64,000 bases of DNA from an uncultured Gammaproteobacteria bacterium (GCA_964590105.1 CAZPYM010000001.1:302172-366171), one strand, 5' to 3'. Shown: positions 1 to 9,080, numbered from the stretch's first letter. Notes: generated by a model not told the origin, from the sequence alone. A program made the numbers and translations.

Positions 1-378
1 CTTCTGCTCGGACAAGCATGAGCCATCTGCGCACACGGCCACTGCGCAGACATTGCTGTCGTCGCAGTCAACGTCTTCCGAACATTCAGGAAGATTCACC
101 TCTTCCTCAGTCAAAGAATCAGCAACCACGTCATCTTCGACCTCTTCGGTCGTATCCGCAGTCACATCCTCGAACCGGTAAGGAGGCTCACCATTGCAAA
201 ACCCTTCATTACAAAAAGAATGTCCGAGTTGAAAACAGTCCGAATTAACTGAGCACTCCGGCTCAGACACCTCTGAGGAAACATCTTCCTCAGCTTTCTG
301 GACTGCGTCCTTGTTGTCACACCCAGTAAACATAAAAACCACCAGTGATACCAAAGACACAAGAATCAATTTCTTCAT
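1..378 (-). CDS. Cys-rich acidic lipoprotein (5' part; runs off window), not in ORF track
   Basis: Manual translation from ATG 378: MKKLILVSLVSLVVFMFTG|CDNKDAVQ...ECSVNSDCFQLGHSFCNEGFC...ECSEDVDCDDSNVCAVAVCADGSCLSEQK. Open to position 1; lipobox FTGC; SD AGGGGA upstream. Confidence 0.8.
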   Translation of the reverse strand, partial: MKKLILVSLVSLVVFMFTGCDNKDAVQKAEEDVSSEVSEPECSVNSDCFQLGHSFCNEGFCNGEPPYRFEDVTADTTEEVEDDVVADSLTEEEVNLPECSEDVDCDDSNVCAVAVCADGSCLSEQK

Positions 379-494
379 TTCGCTTCCCCTTTGTAGTTAA
401 GACACCTTGTCAAACAACATTCAAAAACCACAACTACACAAACATCAATAATTTCGTGCAATTGTTGTTTTTGAATTATTAGTTTTAATATATA

Positions 495-523
495 ATTAAA
501 GCTAATTTTTAATATTTAGTCAA
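495..523 (-). promoter_or_regulatory. sigma70-type promoter of the lipoprotein cassette
   Basis: TTGACT-N17-TTTAAT on minus strand. Confidence 0.5.
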
Positions 524-782
524 GAGGAAAATGACTGTATGTCAGCGGGTGTATGAAAAAAAAAGGAATTTATGGTAAAATTAGCTTAGGGCACAAGCTA
601 AAACATAAACCGCTTCTTTATGCTTTATGGTATAGCACATTTTTAAAAATTCAAAGTTATGTTTTTTACTCTAAGAGCATGAATGCTGCGAACAAACCAA
701 TTATTTGTGTTGAACAGCCTTAGAATGGTGATATTTATCCTTACTGTGTCAATAAAAAGTACCACTTTCCTGCAAAGGGTAA

Positions 783-1025
783 ATAGAAAATCAACAGGCG
801 CTAGTTGAATTTGTCAAAGTTTACAAGAGATTGCCTGATTTCAAGAATATTAATGACGAATGGGCTGTGTAATACATTGCCTATAATGTCAGAAATGTTG
901 TCAGAAATTTGAACAGTGAAAGGGCTGCAATCGGTACATTCAAAAGTGTTTACGGATATGTGCCTAGCACCTCGCACCAGTGGTCAATCATGAGAGCAAT
1001 TGGGTACACCGGAGCAAAAAGATAG
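783..1025 (+). pseudogene. Remnant of a surface-protein C-terminal domain (paralogous to C-terminus of 28384..37056)
   Basis: Frame reads IENQQALVEFVKVYKRLPDFKNINDEWAV*YIAYNVRNVVRNLNSERAAIGTFKSVYGYVPSTSHQWSIMRAIGYTGAKR*. Internal TAA at 870-872, in-frame TAA at 780-782 just upstream. Aligns by eye with EALKAFVKVFGRLVDF...WSVLRGIAYAG of the giant protein. Confidence 0.75.
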
Positions 1026-1050
1026 TACATTTAGAAACGTTAGTATAGAG

Positions 1051-1082
1051 AGGGGACGGCTTAGGCTGTCTCCTTTTGTTTT
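1051..1082 (+). terminator. intrinsic terminator
   Basis: AGGGGACGGC-TTAG-GCTGTCTCCT hairpin followed by T-rich tail. Confidence 0.65.
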
Positions 1083-1222
1083 CAGGAAAATATGCTATAA
1101 TAAAAAAACTGTTATAGCGAGCAAACAATATCGAAGTTCACGCTTGTTCAACAATTTATTTTAATTTTGTTGATTATAATTTGCTTGTTCTTTGTATTTT
1201 GTTTGTTATTTGTAATTTTGTT

Positions 1223-1375
1223 ATGAAATCATGCATTGTCTGCGAGAAAAAAATTGACGACAACAAGGCCATTGCCAAGCACGAGGTATATTTTTGTTCT
1301 GAAAAATGCCTTAAGGAATATGAAGAAAAACTGGAAAAACTCAAACAAGTTGTTGACTGGGACAATTGTTGTTAA
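1223..1375 (+). CDS. small YHS/TRASH-like metal-binding protein
   Basis: MKSCIVCEKKI...YFCSEKC...WDNCC: CxxC plus YFCSxxC motif; ATG 1223 preferred over the upstream TTG. Confidence 0.7.
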   Translation: MKSCIVCEKKIDDNKAIAKHEVYFCSEKCLKEYEEKLEKLKQVVDWDNCC

Positions 1376-1377
1376 AT

Positions 1378-1833
1378 ATGAAAAATTTTATCCTGCAAAA
1401 AAATGACGGCTCGAAATTTGACCTAGCGAAATATCAAGGCAATGATTATCTTATCTTGATTTTTTTTCGCGGCGCCTGGTGCAATCATTGCAAAAAACAA
1501 TTGCTTGACATTAATAATCATTATGCGGAATTTTCAGAACTTCAGATCAAACCTCTGGCCATTTCATGCGATTCAAAGCTCAAATCAAACCTTCTAAAAA
1601 ACTTTCTTAAACTGAAGTTTTCGGTATTATCAGATTCTGAATTTGCGGTTATTGATTATTTCAATCTAAAAACTGAGTACAAAGGCCAAATTGTCTCCAA
1701 GCCAGCAACAATTTTGATTGAACCGCAAAAACATAAGGTGATTTATGAATATGTCGGCGTTGATTATGACGACCGCCTTTCAGCGAAAACAATCCTAAAT
1801 AATATTAAACAACCAGTAAGATCAAACCTATGA
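1378..1833 (+). CDS. AhpC/TSA peroxiredoxin-like (redoxin) protein
   Basis: FFRGAWCNHC thioredoxin-fold motif; AISCD, LSD, KPATILI; C-terminal DYDDR. Confidence 0.8.
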   Translation: MKNFILQKNDGSKFDLAKYQGNDYLILIFFRGAWCNHCKKQLLDINNHYAEFSELQIKPLAISCDSKLKSNLLKNFLKLKFSVLSDSEFAVIDYFNLKTEYKGQIVSKPATILIEPQKHKVIYEYVGVDYDDRLSAKTILNNIKQPVRSNL

Positions 1834-3176
1834 AAAGAATTTTTTTTAGCCTTGTCTTGTGCTTTTTGGTTCTATCGCCAGTCATGGCTATGGCCGCTGA
1901 CAACGCCATTTCTAACGAAGGAGGAATTATTTTTTCCGAGCCGATCGATAATTCAGCCGCCCAGCTTTTTCTCGGGCAACAACACAATTATACAGTCACT
2001 ATGCGCGGCAATGGAGAATCGGTTGTTTACGCCAAAATATCTTTTACCAATTTTACTGAAACTGATTTAAATTCACTTAAATTCAAAACCGAAGCAAAAT
2101 TGAATGAACTGGTGGCTTTCCAGCAAATTTTACCTGACGTATGCAAAGAGAAAAAATACAACCAAGAAACAAGAACTTATGATTGTCTGCAATATGGCCC
2201 GCCCGCATATTATAATCAAAACTCATATTATTATTATAATAACTCAAACTTGAACGCCAAATATTCCAAGAGCAACTTTTCAATAACAGGGGATCAATAC
2301 GAATTTTCTTTGCCAACGGCGGTAAAACCAAATGAGCAAGGCGCAATTTTACTTGCGTACCGATCAAAAGATTATGTGGATAAAAAAGCTTTGGGCCTTT
2401 TCAAGTTTCATTTCACCACGCTGACTGCACCGGTAAAGGTCAACGACGTCAATGTCGCAATAAAATTAGACTCCGAACTTTACATGAAAGGCCAAAAATC
2501 AGAAGTAAATTATAAATCAATGGATATAGGACTGTCTGCCGGACTGAGCGAAACCGCAAGTTTTCAAAATCCAACTCTTGACACCCTTTCTTCAGAGCTC
2601 GGCTATTCCGGCCAATTGAAAAAAACTGCCAAGGATCTGGCGCCGGACGAATCATTCACAGTCAATGGAAAATACGCGACTACAAAATTCAGACTCTATC
2701 TGCCAAATGTCATTATCGGCGCGCTTGCACTTGCTCTGCTGATTATAATTCTTTATTTTCTCAATAAACATTTCACCAAAAAAAATGATAGTCCAACCGG
2801 ACTTCTAGCAAATGGCCCTTCTCTGGCTGAAAACCAAAAACAGAGCTCATTCAAAGACGAACAAATCACATTATTTAACGGTCAATATCTTGTTTGGTCA
2901 TTTATTTCTTCATTAATTTTATTTTTTCTTAGTTACTCAATGAAATGGATTAGCGATGTTCGTTGGAGTAGCATATTTCCGGACGGAACTGAATTCATTA
3001 TTGTTGTCGGAGTAATTATTCTCATCTTGGTATACATCTTTTTAATTTTTGGCGTTCCAATTATTTTTGCCAGCAAACACGGCTGGCGGGCATTTGTTTC
3101 CGTACTACTCGACATTATTGTTATTTCTTCAATTTTGTTTTTTATTTTAATTGGAATCTTCACGTTAATCAAATAA
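1830..3176 (+). CDS. exported membrane-anchored hypothetical protein
   Basis: Signal peptide, extracellular domain, then about 4 C-terminal TM helices; 448-aa ORF. Confidence 0.75.
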   Translation: MKRIFFSLVLCFLVLSPVMAMAADNAISNEGGIIFSEPIDNSAAQLFLGQQHNYTVTMRGNGESVVYAKISFTNFTETDLNSLKFKTEAKLNELVAFQQILPDVCKEKKYNQETRTYDCLQYGPPAYYNQNSYYYYNNSNLNAKYSKSNFSITGDQYEFSLPTAVKPNEQGAILLAYRSKDYVDKKALGLFKFHFTTLTAPVKVNDVNVAIKLDSELYMKGQKSEVNYKSMDIGLSAGLSETASFQNPTLDTLSSELGYSGQLKKTAKDLAPDESFTVNGKYATTKFRLYLPNVIIGALALALLIIILYFLNKHFTKKNDSPTGLLANGPSLAENQKQSSFKDEQITLFNGQYLVWSFISSLILFFLSYSMKWISDVRWSSIFPDGTEFIIVVGVIILILVYIFLIFGVPIIFASKHGWRAFVSVLLDIIVISSILFFILIGIFTLIK

Positions 3177-3193
3177 AATAGAACAATAAAGCT

Positions 3194-3228
3194 AAAAGAA
3201 GGCGCTTTGGAGCGCTTTCTTTTTTTTT
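3194..3228 (+). terminator. intrinsic terminator
   Basis: AGAAGGCGCT-TTGG-AGCGCTTTCT followed by a T-run. Confidence 0.7.
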
Positions 3229-3273
3229 CAGGCAGAATATACTATAATGCGGTCATATCCTAGATATTATTAT

Positions 3274-4365
3274 ATGAAGCTGAGTTTATTTGATTACAAA
3301 CTACCTGAAAGGCTCATAGCCCAGGAGCCGGCCTCACCGCGAGACCATTCACGGTTATTGGTTTACAACAAAAAAACCGGTGATATAGTCCACGACAGAT
3401 TTTTTAATTTGCCAAAATACTTAAATCCCGGCGATGTTATGGTTTTTAATAACTCAAAAGTCTTTCCCGCGAGACTACTCGGAAACAAGGAAACCGGAGG
3501 CAAAGCCGAGGCCCTTCTCTTAAGAAAGCTAAAGAGCGGGCAATGGGAAGCTCTCCTCGGCACCAGGCACCCAAAAGTCGGCCTAAAACTGAGCTTTAAC
3601 AAGGGTTTAACCGCCAAAGTAATTGGTACGCCGACTGCCAAAACATGGCTCTTACAATTCAATTTCTCCGGTCCGGCTTTTTATGAAATTTTAGACAAGA
3701 TTGGTCAAGTGCCAACCCCTCCTTATATAGACGTAAAAAATCAACTCTTCCACTCGCATTCACTCGCTAAGAGTGACAAAAAGATAAGAAATCAGTATCA
3801 AACAATTTACGCAAAAAAACTTGGATCTGCCGCCGCACCGACTGCGGGCCTGCACTTCACAAATCGATTGTTAAAAAAGATTCGAGACAGGGGAGTGCAG
3901 ACAGAGTTTGTAACCCTTCACGTTGGACTCGGGACATTTGATCCGGTTAATACAGAAAATATTGAAGAATACAAAATTCATCAGGAATGGGTGAGTGTTG
4001 ATAAGCAGACAATTAAACGCCTGATCAAAGCAAAGCAAGTCGGAAAAAGAATTATCGCCGTCGGAACAACTTCAGTGCGAACGCTTGAAACTTTATTTTC
4101 AACTTCGCCTATTTGCGATATTCGCGATTCGCGTCAATCGCATATAAATTCGTGTCATTCGTATTATACTGACATTTTCATCCACCCTGGCTATAAATTT
4201 AAATTTATCAATGCCATAATCACTAATTTTCATTTGCCAAAATCAAGTTTAATAATGCTTGTTTCAGCTTTTATCGGACGCAAGAAAACGCTCGAATTAT
4301 ATAACAAGTGCATTAAATTAAAATATAGATTTTTCAGTTTTGGCGACGCTATGTTTTTGCAATAA
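3274..4365 (+). CDS. queA: S-adenosylmethionine:tRNA ribosyltransferase-isomerase
   Basis: FDYKLPERLIAQEP, NNSKVFPARL, AAPTAGLHF, LHVGLGTF, AVGTTSVRTLE, TNFHLPKS, YRFFSFGDAM. Confidence 0.97.
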   Translation: MKLSLFDYKLPERLIAQEPASPRDHSRLLVYNKKTGDIVHDRFFNLPKYLNPGDVMVFNNSKVFPARLLGNKETGGKAEALLLRKLKSGQWEALLGTRHPKVGLKLSFNKGLTAKVIGTPTAKTWLLQFNFSGPAFYEILDKIGQVPTPPYIDVKNQLFHSHSLAKSDKKIRNQYQTIYAKKLGSAAAPTAGLHFTNRLLKKIRDRGVQTEFVTLHVGLGTFDPVNTENIEEYKIHQEWVSVDKQTIKRLIKAKQVGKRIIAVGTTSVRTLETLFSTSPICDIRDSRQSHINSCHSYYTDIFIHPGYKFKFINAIITNFHLPKSSLIMLVSAFIGRKKTLELYNKCIKLKYRFFSFGDAMFLQ

Positions 4366-4447
4366 TTAAAACAAAGGAAACATCGCAAACGTTGATATAT
4401 ATTACTAAAATGCTATAATCTAAGCAGAAATACATTAGCCACTGCTT

Positions 4448-4984
4448 ATGAACTTTTCTGAAGAACAAAAAAAAGAGCTCCTGGAATATGCGCGGCTGGT
4501 GCTGATTGCTATAATTAAGGACGGTACAAAATTTGAAGAAGATTGCCCGGACACAAACTATCTGGAATCAGCCGGCGTTTTTGTTTCACTGCACAAAGAC
4601 AAAGAGCTTCGCGGCTGTATCGGCTACATTGAGCCGGTTGAATCAATTTGGGGCGCGATTGCGAATAACACGATTTCAGCGGCAACCAGGGACATCAGAT
4701 TTTCAAACGTGAGTCCGGAAGAACTCGAACAAATCACTATTGAAATTTCAATTCTAACTAGAGCAAAAGAATGCCGACTTGATGAAATCGAGCCAGGCAA
4801 GCACGGCGTTATTATTAAACAGGGACATCACCAGGCAACTTATCTGCCTCAAGTCTGGGAAGACCTGTCGGACAAAGAACAATTTTTCGGAACTCTCTGC
4901 CAAAAGGCCGGACTTGGTTCAGATTGCTGGACCAATGAAGCAACTAAATTTTATAAGTACGAAGCAATGGTTTTTAGTGAATAA
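4448..4984 (+). CDS. amrA: AmmeMemoRadiSam system protein A (AMMECR1 domain)
   Basis: GVFVSL..LRGCIG, EISILT, ATYLPQVWE, LCQKAG. Confidence 0.92.
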   Translation: MNFSEEQKKELLEYARLVLIAIIKDGTKFEEDCPDTNYLESAGVFVSLHKDKELRGCIGYIEPVESIWGAIANNTISAATRDIRFSNVSPEELEQITIEISILTRAKECRLDEIEPGKHGVIIKQGHHQATYLPQVWEDLSDKEQFFGTLCQKAGLGSDCWTNEATKFYKYEAMVFSE

Positions 4985-5428
4985 GTATATAAGTGCGTAA
5001 GGACGAAAGCACATCATTAGCAAGCCACATAATATGCCACTAGTAAAAACATTTGATGAAATCTTGGCGTGGCAAAAAGGTCATGCTTTAGCGTTGGAAA
5101 TTTATAGTATAACAAAAACTTTTCCACCCGAAGAAAAATTCCGCTTAGTTGATCAAATGTGTCGCGCTGTTATTTCTTTTCCATCAAATATCGCTGAAGG
5201 ATTTAAAAGAAAAGGAAAAAATGATTCTCTCCGTTTTTATAACATTGCGCAAGCATCTTTAGAAGAATTAAAATACCAGCTTTTACTTGCAAAGGATTTA
5301 AAATATATAACAAACGAAAAATATAAAAATTTACTGTTGTTATCTGAAGAATGCGGCAAACTTCTAAATGGCTGGGCCAAATCACAAAAATAGCCACATT
5401 TCACTTACCACTTACACACTTATTCACT
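4976..5428. repeat. inverted repeat pair (4976-5001 / 5404-5428) plus 8-bp direct repeat AGCCACAT (5023-5030 / 5392-5399) enclosing the four-helix-bundle gene
   Basis: AGTGAATAAGTATATAAGTGCGTAAG vs reverse complement of right arm AGTGAATAAGTGTGTAAGTG-GTAAG. Confidence 0.75.
5034..5393 (+). CDS. four helix bundle protein (23S rRNA IVP / Avd-like family)
   Basis: F..I.AWQK, FPPEEKFRLVDQM.RA.IS.PSNIAEG, IAQASLEELKYQL. Confidence 0.92.
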   Translation: MPLVKTFDEILAWQKGHALALEIYSITKTFPPEEKFRLVDQMCRAVISFPSNIAEGFKRKGKNDSLRFYNIAQASLEELKYQLLLAKDLKYITNEKYKNLLLLSEECGKLLNGWAKSQK

Positions 5429-5441
5429 TATCACTCCCACT

Positions 5442-6383
5442 ATGAAATCGAATTACATCAAAAAACTCCAAACAGGGGACCAGCTAGTTAACGAACAATT
5501 CGCAATAAAAAATGTTCGCTATGGCAGAACACAGGCGGGAAAAGATTATATTGATTTATCATTAAGTGACAGAACAGGTGAAATTGATGGAAAAATCTGG
5601 GAAACAAATATTCAAAACTGCGCTGAAATTCAAACTGGCGACGTGGTCGAGCTTTCCGGAAAAGTTGAAGAATTTCGGGATAAGCAACAAATCAATATTG
5701 GATTTCTGCAAAAAGCCGTCAACTTTGACCTGAGTGACCTCCTGCCAAAAAGTGACAAAGATCAAAACGCGCTCTGGCAAACTGTGCAAGCAAACGTTGA
5801 TCAGATTGAAAACAAATATCTAAAAAAACTTTTGCTGAAATTTTTTGGCACTGAGGATTTTACTGAAAAATTCAAAGTTTCGCCCGGCGCCGAAAGGATT
5901 CATCACGCTTATCTTGGCGGACTAATGGAACATACCGCGGAGATGCTTGATCTGGCGAACACTCTTCTGAATAATTATCCTGAACTTGACCGGGATTTAC
6001 TAATCTGCGGCGTGTTATTGCATGATTGCGGCAAAACGCAGGAATTAGCTGTCAATCATGCGATTTATCGGACGACCGAAGGATCATTGATCGGCCATAT
6101 TTCTCTTGGCTCTTTCATGGTCGCAAAAGCGATTGACTCAATAAAAGACTTTCCGGTCGAACTTCGCGCAAAAGTTATAAACATGATCCTCGGTCATCAT
6201 GAAAAACTGGAATTCGGCTCGCCGATCAAACCCATGACCCGCGAAGCTTTTGCTCTGGCCCATATTGATAATTTATCTGCCAAAGTCAACACTGCCAATA
6301 AAGTTGTAAAAGATTTGGAAAACACTGAACAGGAATTCAGCGACAAAAACTATGCCCTCGACACAAAATTATATTTAAATTAA
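5442..6383 (+). CDS. yhaM: 3'-5' exoribonuclease YhaM/Cbf1 family (OB-fold + HD domain)
   Basis: LSDRTGEIDGKIW, HHAYLGGLMEHT, LLHDCGK, LIGHI, HH..EFGSP..P. Confidence 0.9.
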   Translation: MKSNYIKKLQTGDQLVNEQFAIKNVRYGRTQAGKDYIDLSLSDRTGEIDGKIWETNIQNCAEIQTGDVVELSGKVEEFRDKQQINIGFLQKAVNFDLSDLLPKSDKDQNALWQTVQANVDQIENKYLKKLLLKFFGTEDFTEKFKVSPGAERIHHAYLGGLMEHTAEMLDLANTLLNNYPELDRDLLICGVLLHDCGKTQELAVNHAIYRTTEGSLIGHISLGSFMVAKAIDSIKDFPVELRAKVINMILGHHEKLEFGSPIKPMTREAFALAHIDNLSAKVNTANKVVKDLENTEQEFSDKNYALDTKLYLN

Positions 6384-6810
6384 ACAACATGAAAAAAGTA
6401 TTTTTTATTGTTACTGGAATCGCAAGTCTGTCGGTCATACCAAACCTTTATGTTTTTCTCTCAACTTTATTTTTCATATTTCCTAAAGTTGGAAGGCCTA
6501 ATGACTTTTCTGACGGCTTATTCATTGCCTTAGAAATACTTTTTTCTTTGGTTCCGATATTGTTTTTACTTATTGGCCTGCTAAAAAACAAAAACAACAC
6601 ACTCTCAGGTCTGTTCATGACTGTTGCAATTCTAATAAACATACCAATTTTACTAATTTCACTATATATAGCCGCTGCTCTAATTTTTGGCGCCGGCCCC
6701 CAATAATTAGCATCCAGTAACTAAAACGGTTAATTTTAATCGCACAAAACACTGAGCAGGAATATAGCGACAAAAACTTTGCTCTCGACACAAAATTATA
6801 TTTAAATTAA
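6319..6810 (+). repeat. 65-bp direct repeat of the yhaM 3' end (6319-6383 and 6746-6810)
   Basis: 60/65 identical; copies encode NTEQEFSDKNYALDTKLYLN* and NTEQEYSDKNFALDTKLYLN*. Confidence 0.95.
6389..6706 (+). CDS. small 3-TM hypothetical membrane protein
   Basis: 105-aa ORF with three hydrophobic helices, located between the yhaM repeats. Confidence 0.7.
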   Translation: MKKVFFIVTGIASLSVIPNLYVFLSTLFFIFPKVGRPNDFSDGLFIALEILFSLVPILFLLIGLLKNKNNTLSGLFMTVAILINIPILLISLYIAAALIFGAGPQ

Positions 6811-6903
6811 TTGAATAGACATTATTCATAAAACATAAAGCATAGAACATCCGTTAGTCATTTGTAATTTCGGTAACTATTATTTGTAATTTTCAAATAT
6901 TTT

Positions 6904-8112
6904 ATGCCCGCTGTGAACAACAACAATAAAATCAACATCGTCATGTTCAACATGGGTACTTTTTTTGATTGGGATCACGGCATTGTCAATCGCAACTGGA
7001 ACATTATGAATGCGCTGGCAAAAGAAGATCGAATTGACAAAATTGTCGGCGTTGATTTTCTGCCCATTGGCTGGAAAAAAGCAGCTGCTCATTATCTAAA
7101 AAACATTTTATTTGAAATCAAAAGCGCAAAAATTATTTACGGCGACCTGATGAGCGCCTGCTATCAGAGAACGGATAAAATTTTTGCCTATACAACCGTT
7201 GAATCTGTATATTCAATGAAAAAAGTCGCCAAGGAATTAAGGCGCGTGGAAAAAATTCTTAATCTGAAAAATATTGTTTTCTGGTCCTACAATCCGATGT
7301 TTGTTGAATTTATCGACAAACTCAATGAAAAAATTTTTGTTTTTGACACAGTTGACAATTGGGCCGAGCATCCTGGATACACAAAGATGATGAGAAAAAG
7401 TCGATTACTGAAAAATTATCAGACAATCGCGGAAAAAGCTGATTTAATTTTCACGGTTTCAGAAGAACTCAAGGATTTTTACAAGCAAATGAACAGAACA
7501 AAAGACGTGCACTGGATTCCAAACGGAGTCGACTATGATCATTTTAATGATCCTGAAAAAATTAATCGTGACAATGAACTAAGTGAATTTGATAAACCAA
7601 TTATCGGCTATCTTGGCACGATTGAAGACCGGATTGACTTTGATCTGCTGACAAAGATTGCCCGCGCGCACCGCGGCAAAGAACTGGTTTTGTGCGGACC
7701 GGTCTGGCCGGTCGTGGAAAAAGAATTAAATAAAAAAATAAAAGATTTAAAAAACGTACATCTTCTTGGACGAATCAAATTCGATGACGCACCGAGCTAT
7801 GTAAATAAATTTGACGTAGCCATTATCCCTCACAAAACAAATGCCTTTGTTAATACCATGAACCCGATGAAAATGTATGACTATCTGGCCTGTGGGAAAC
7901 CGATTGTCGCAACCAAAGGCGCCGGCATTGAAATGTTCAAGGATCATATTTATATAACGAATGACAGTGATAAATTTGTTGATCATATCGACCAAGCGCT
8001 CAAAGAAGACTCGCCGGAAAAACAAACCGCGCGTCGAAATGCAGTACGAGAACATTCCTGGAAAGCTCGAGCAGACAAAATGACCGAACTTCTGTTCGAA
8101 AAACTAAAATAA
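6904..8112 (+). CDS. GT4-type glycosyltransferase (TuaH-like)
   Basis: VFDTVDNW, WIPNGVDYDHF, IGYLGTI, NPMKMYDYLACGKPIV, HSWKARA. Confidence 0.88.
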   Translation: MPAVNNNNKINIVMFNMGTFFDWDHGIVNRNWNIMNALAKEDRIDKIVGVDFLPIGWKKAAAHYLKNILFEIKSAKIIYGDLMSACYQRTDKIFAYTTVESVYSMKKVAKELRRVEKILNLKNIVFWSYNPMFVEFIDKLNEKIFVFDTVDNWAEHPGYTKMMRKSRLLKNYQTIAEKADLIFTVSEELKDFYKQMNRTKDVHWIPNGVDYDHFNDPEKINRDNELSEFDKPIIGYLGTIEDRIDFDLLTKIARAHRGKELVLCGPVWPVVEKELNKKIKDLKNVHLLGRIKFDDAPSYVNKFDVAIIPHKTNAFVNTMNPMKMYDYLACGKPIVATKGAGIEMFKDHIYITNDSDKFVDHIDQALKEDSPEKQTARRNAVREHSWKARADKMTELLFEKLK

Positions 8113-8179
8113 AATATTAAATTTTGAATTTTATATTTCCTTTGTGTTTTAGATTTTGAGTTTTGAATTTAATATCTAT

Positions 8180-9070
8180 ATGGATTTATCTATTGTAACA
8201 GTCAGCTGGAATGTCAAGGAACTCCTCAACCGAATGATCGACTCGGTTTTTCATTATACGGACGGATTGGATTATGAAGTAATAGTAGTTGACAATGATT
8301 CAAAGGACGGTTCAATTCCGTATTTGCGCCAGCACTACCAGGAATGGATTCAAAATAAAAAACTAAAAATCATTGATAACAAATTTAACGCCGGGTTTGC
8401 CAAAGCAAATAATCAAGGCCTAAAAATAGCTATCGGAAAATATAATTGTTTTATGAATCCGGACATGGAACTGGTGGAAAACAGTTTTTTGAAATTACAT
8501 CAGTTCATGGAACAAACACCAAGCGCCGGTATTTGCACCTGCCGGCTTTTGTACGGCGACAAAACAATTCAGGCCAATGTCAAATCAAATCCAGGTTTTT
8601 GCGATCAATTACTAGTTTTATTAAAATTACACCATTTTCTTTCCTGGCTGCCTTGCCTAAAAAAATATTTGCGCAAAGGGTTTGACTTCACGCAAAAACA
8701 ATATATTGAACAAGCCATGGGCGCTTTCATCTTTACAAGAAAAAAATTAATGGATAAAATAAACGGGTGGGATGAAGACTACTGGCTCTGGTGGGAAGAT
8801 GTAGAGCTCTGCAAAACCGTACAGGAGCAAGGACAGGATATTATTTATCTGCCGATCACTGAAGTGATTCATTATGAAGGAAAAAGTTTTGCCCAAACTC
8901 ATGGACTCAATAAACAAAAAAGGTTTAATAAAGGGATGTTGCTTTATTTCAAAAAACACCATTCCAAGCTTGCCTATATCGCGCTTTGTTTTTTCCAACC
9001 AATAAGTTGGTTTCTGACATTATTAACTCAAACATTAAAAATCAAATCACGCACTCAATCAAAAATATAA
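8180..9070 (+). CDS. GT2 family glycosyltransferase
   Basis: LSIVTVSWN, VVDNDSKDGS, NAGFAKANNQG, FMNPD, EDVELC. Confidence 0.9.
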   Translation: MDLSIVTVSWNVKELLNRMIDSVFHYTDGLDYEVIVVDNDSKDGSIPYLRQHYQEWIQNKKLKIIDNKFNAGFAKANNQGLKIAIGKYNCFMNPDMELVENSFLKLHQFMEQTPSAGICTCRLLYGDKTIQANVKSNPGFCDQLLVLLKLHHFLSWLPCLKKYLRKGFDFTQKQYIEQAMGAFIFTRKKLMDKINGWDEDYWLWWEDVELCKTVQEQGQDIIYLPITEVIHYEGKSFAQTHGLNKQKRFNKGMLLYFKKHHSKLAYIALCFFQPISWFLTLLTQTLKIKSRTQSKI

Positions 9071-9080
9071 ATTTTGCAAT

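Noticed and set aside
870-872. Stop-codon recoding or alternative genetic code
   Set aside because: The internal stop is TAA, and all core genes read through intact under code 11 with TAA, TAG and TGA used as stops.
5034-6810. Diversity-generating retroelement (Avd-like gene plus VR/TR-like repeat)
   Set aside because: No reverse transcriptase in the window. The repeat mismatches are not confined to adenines of one copy (two are C/T) and are synonymous or conservative.
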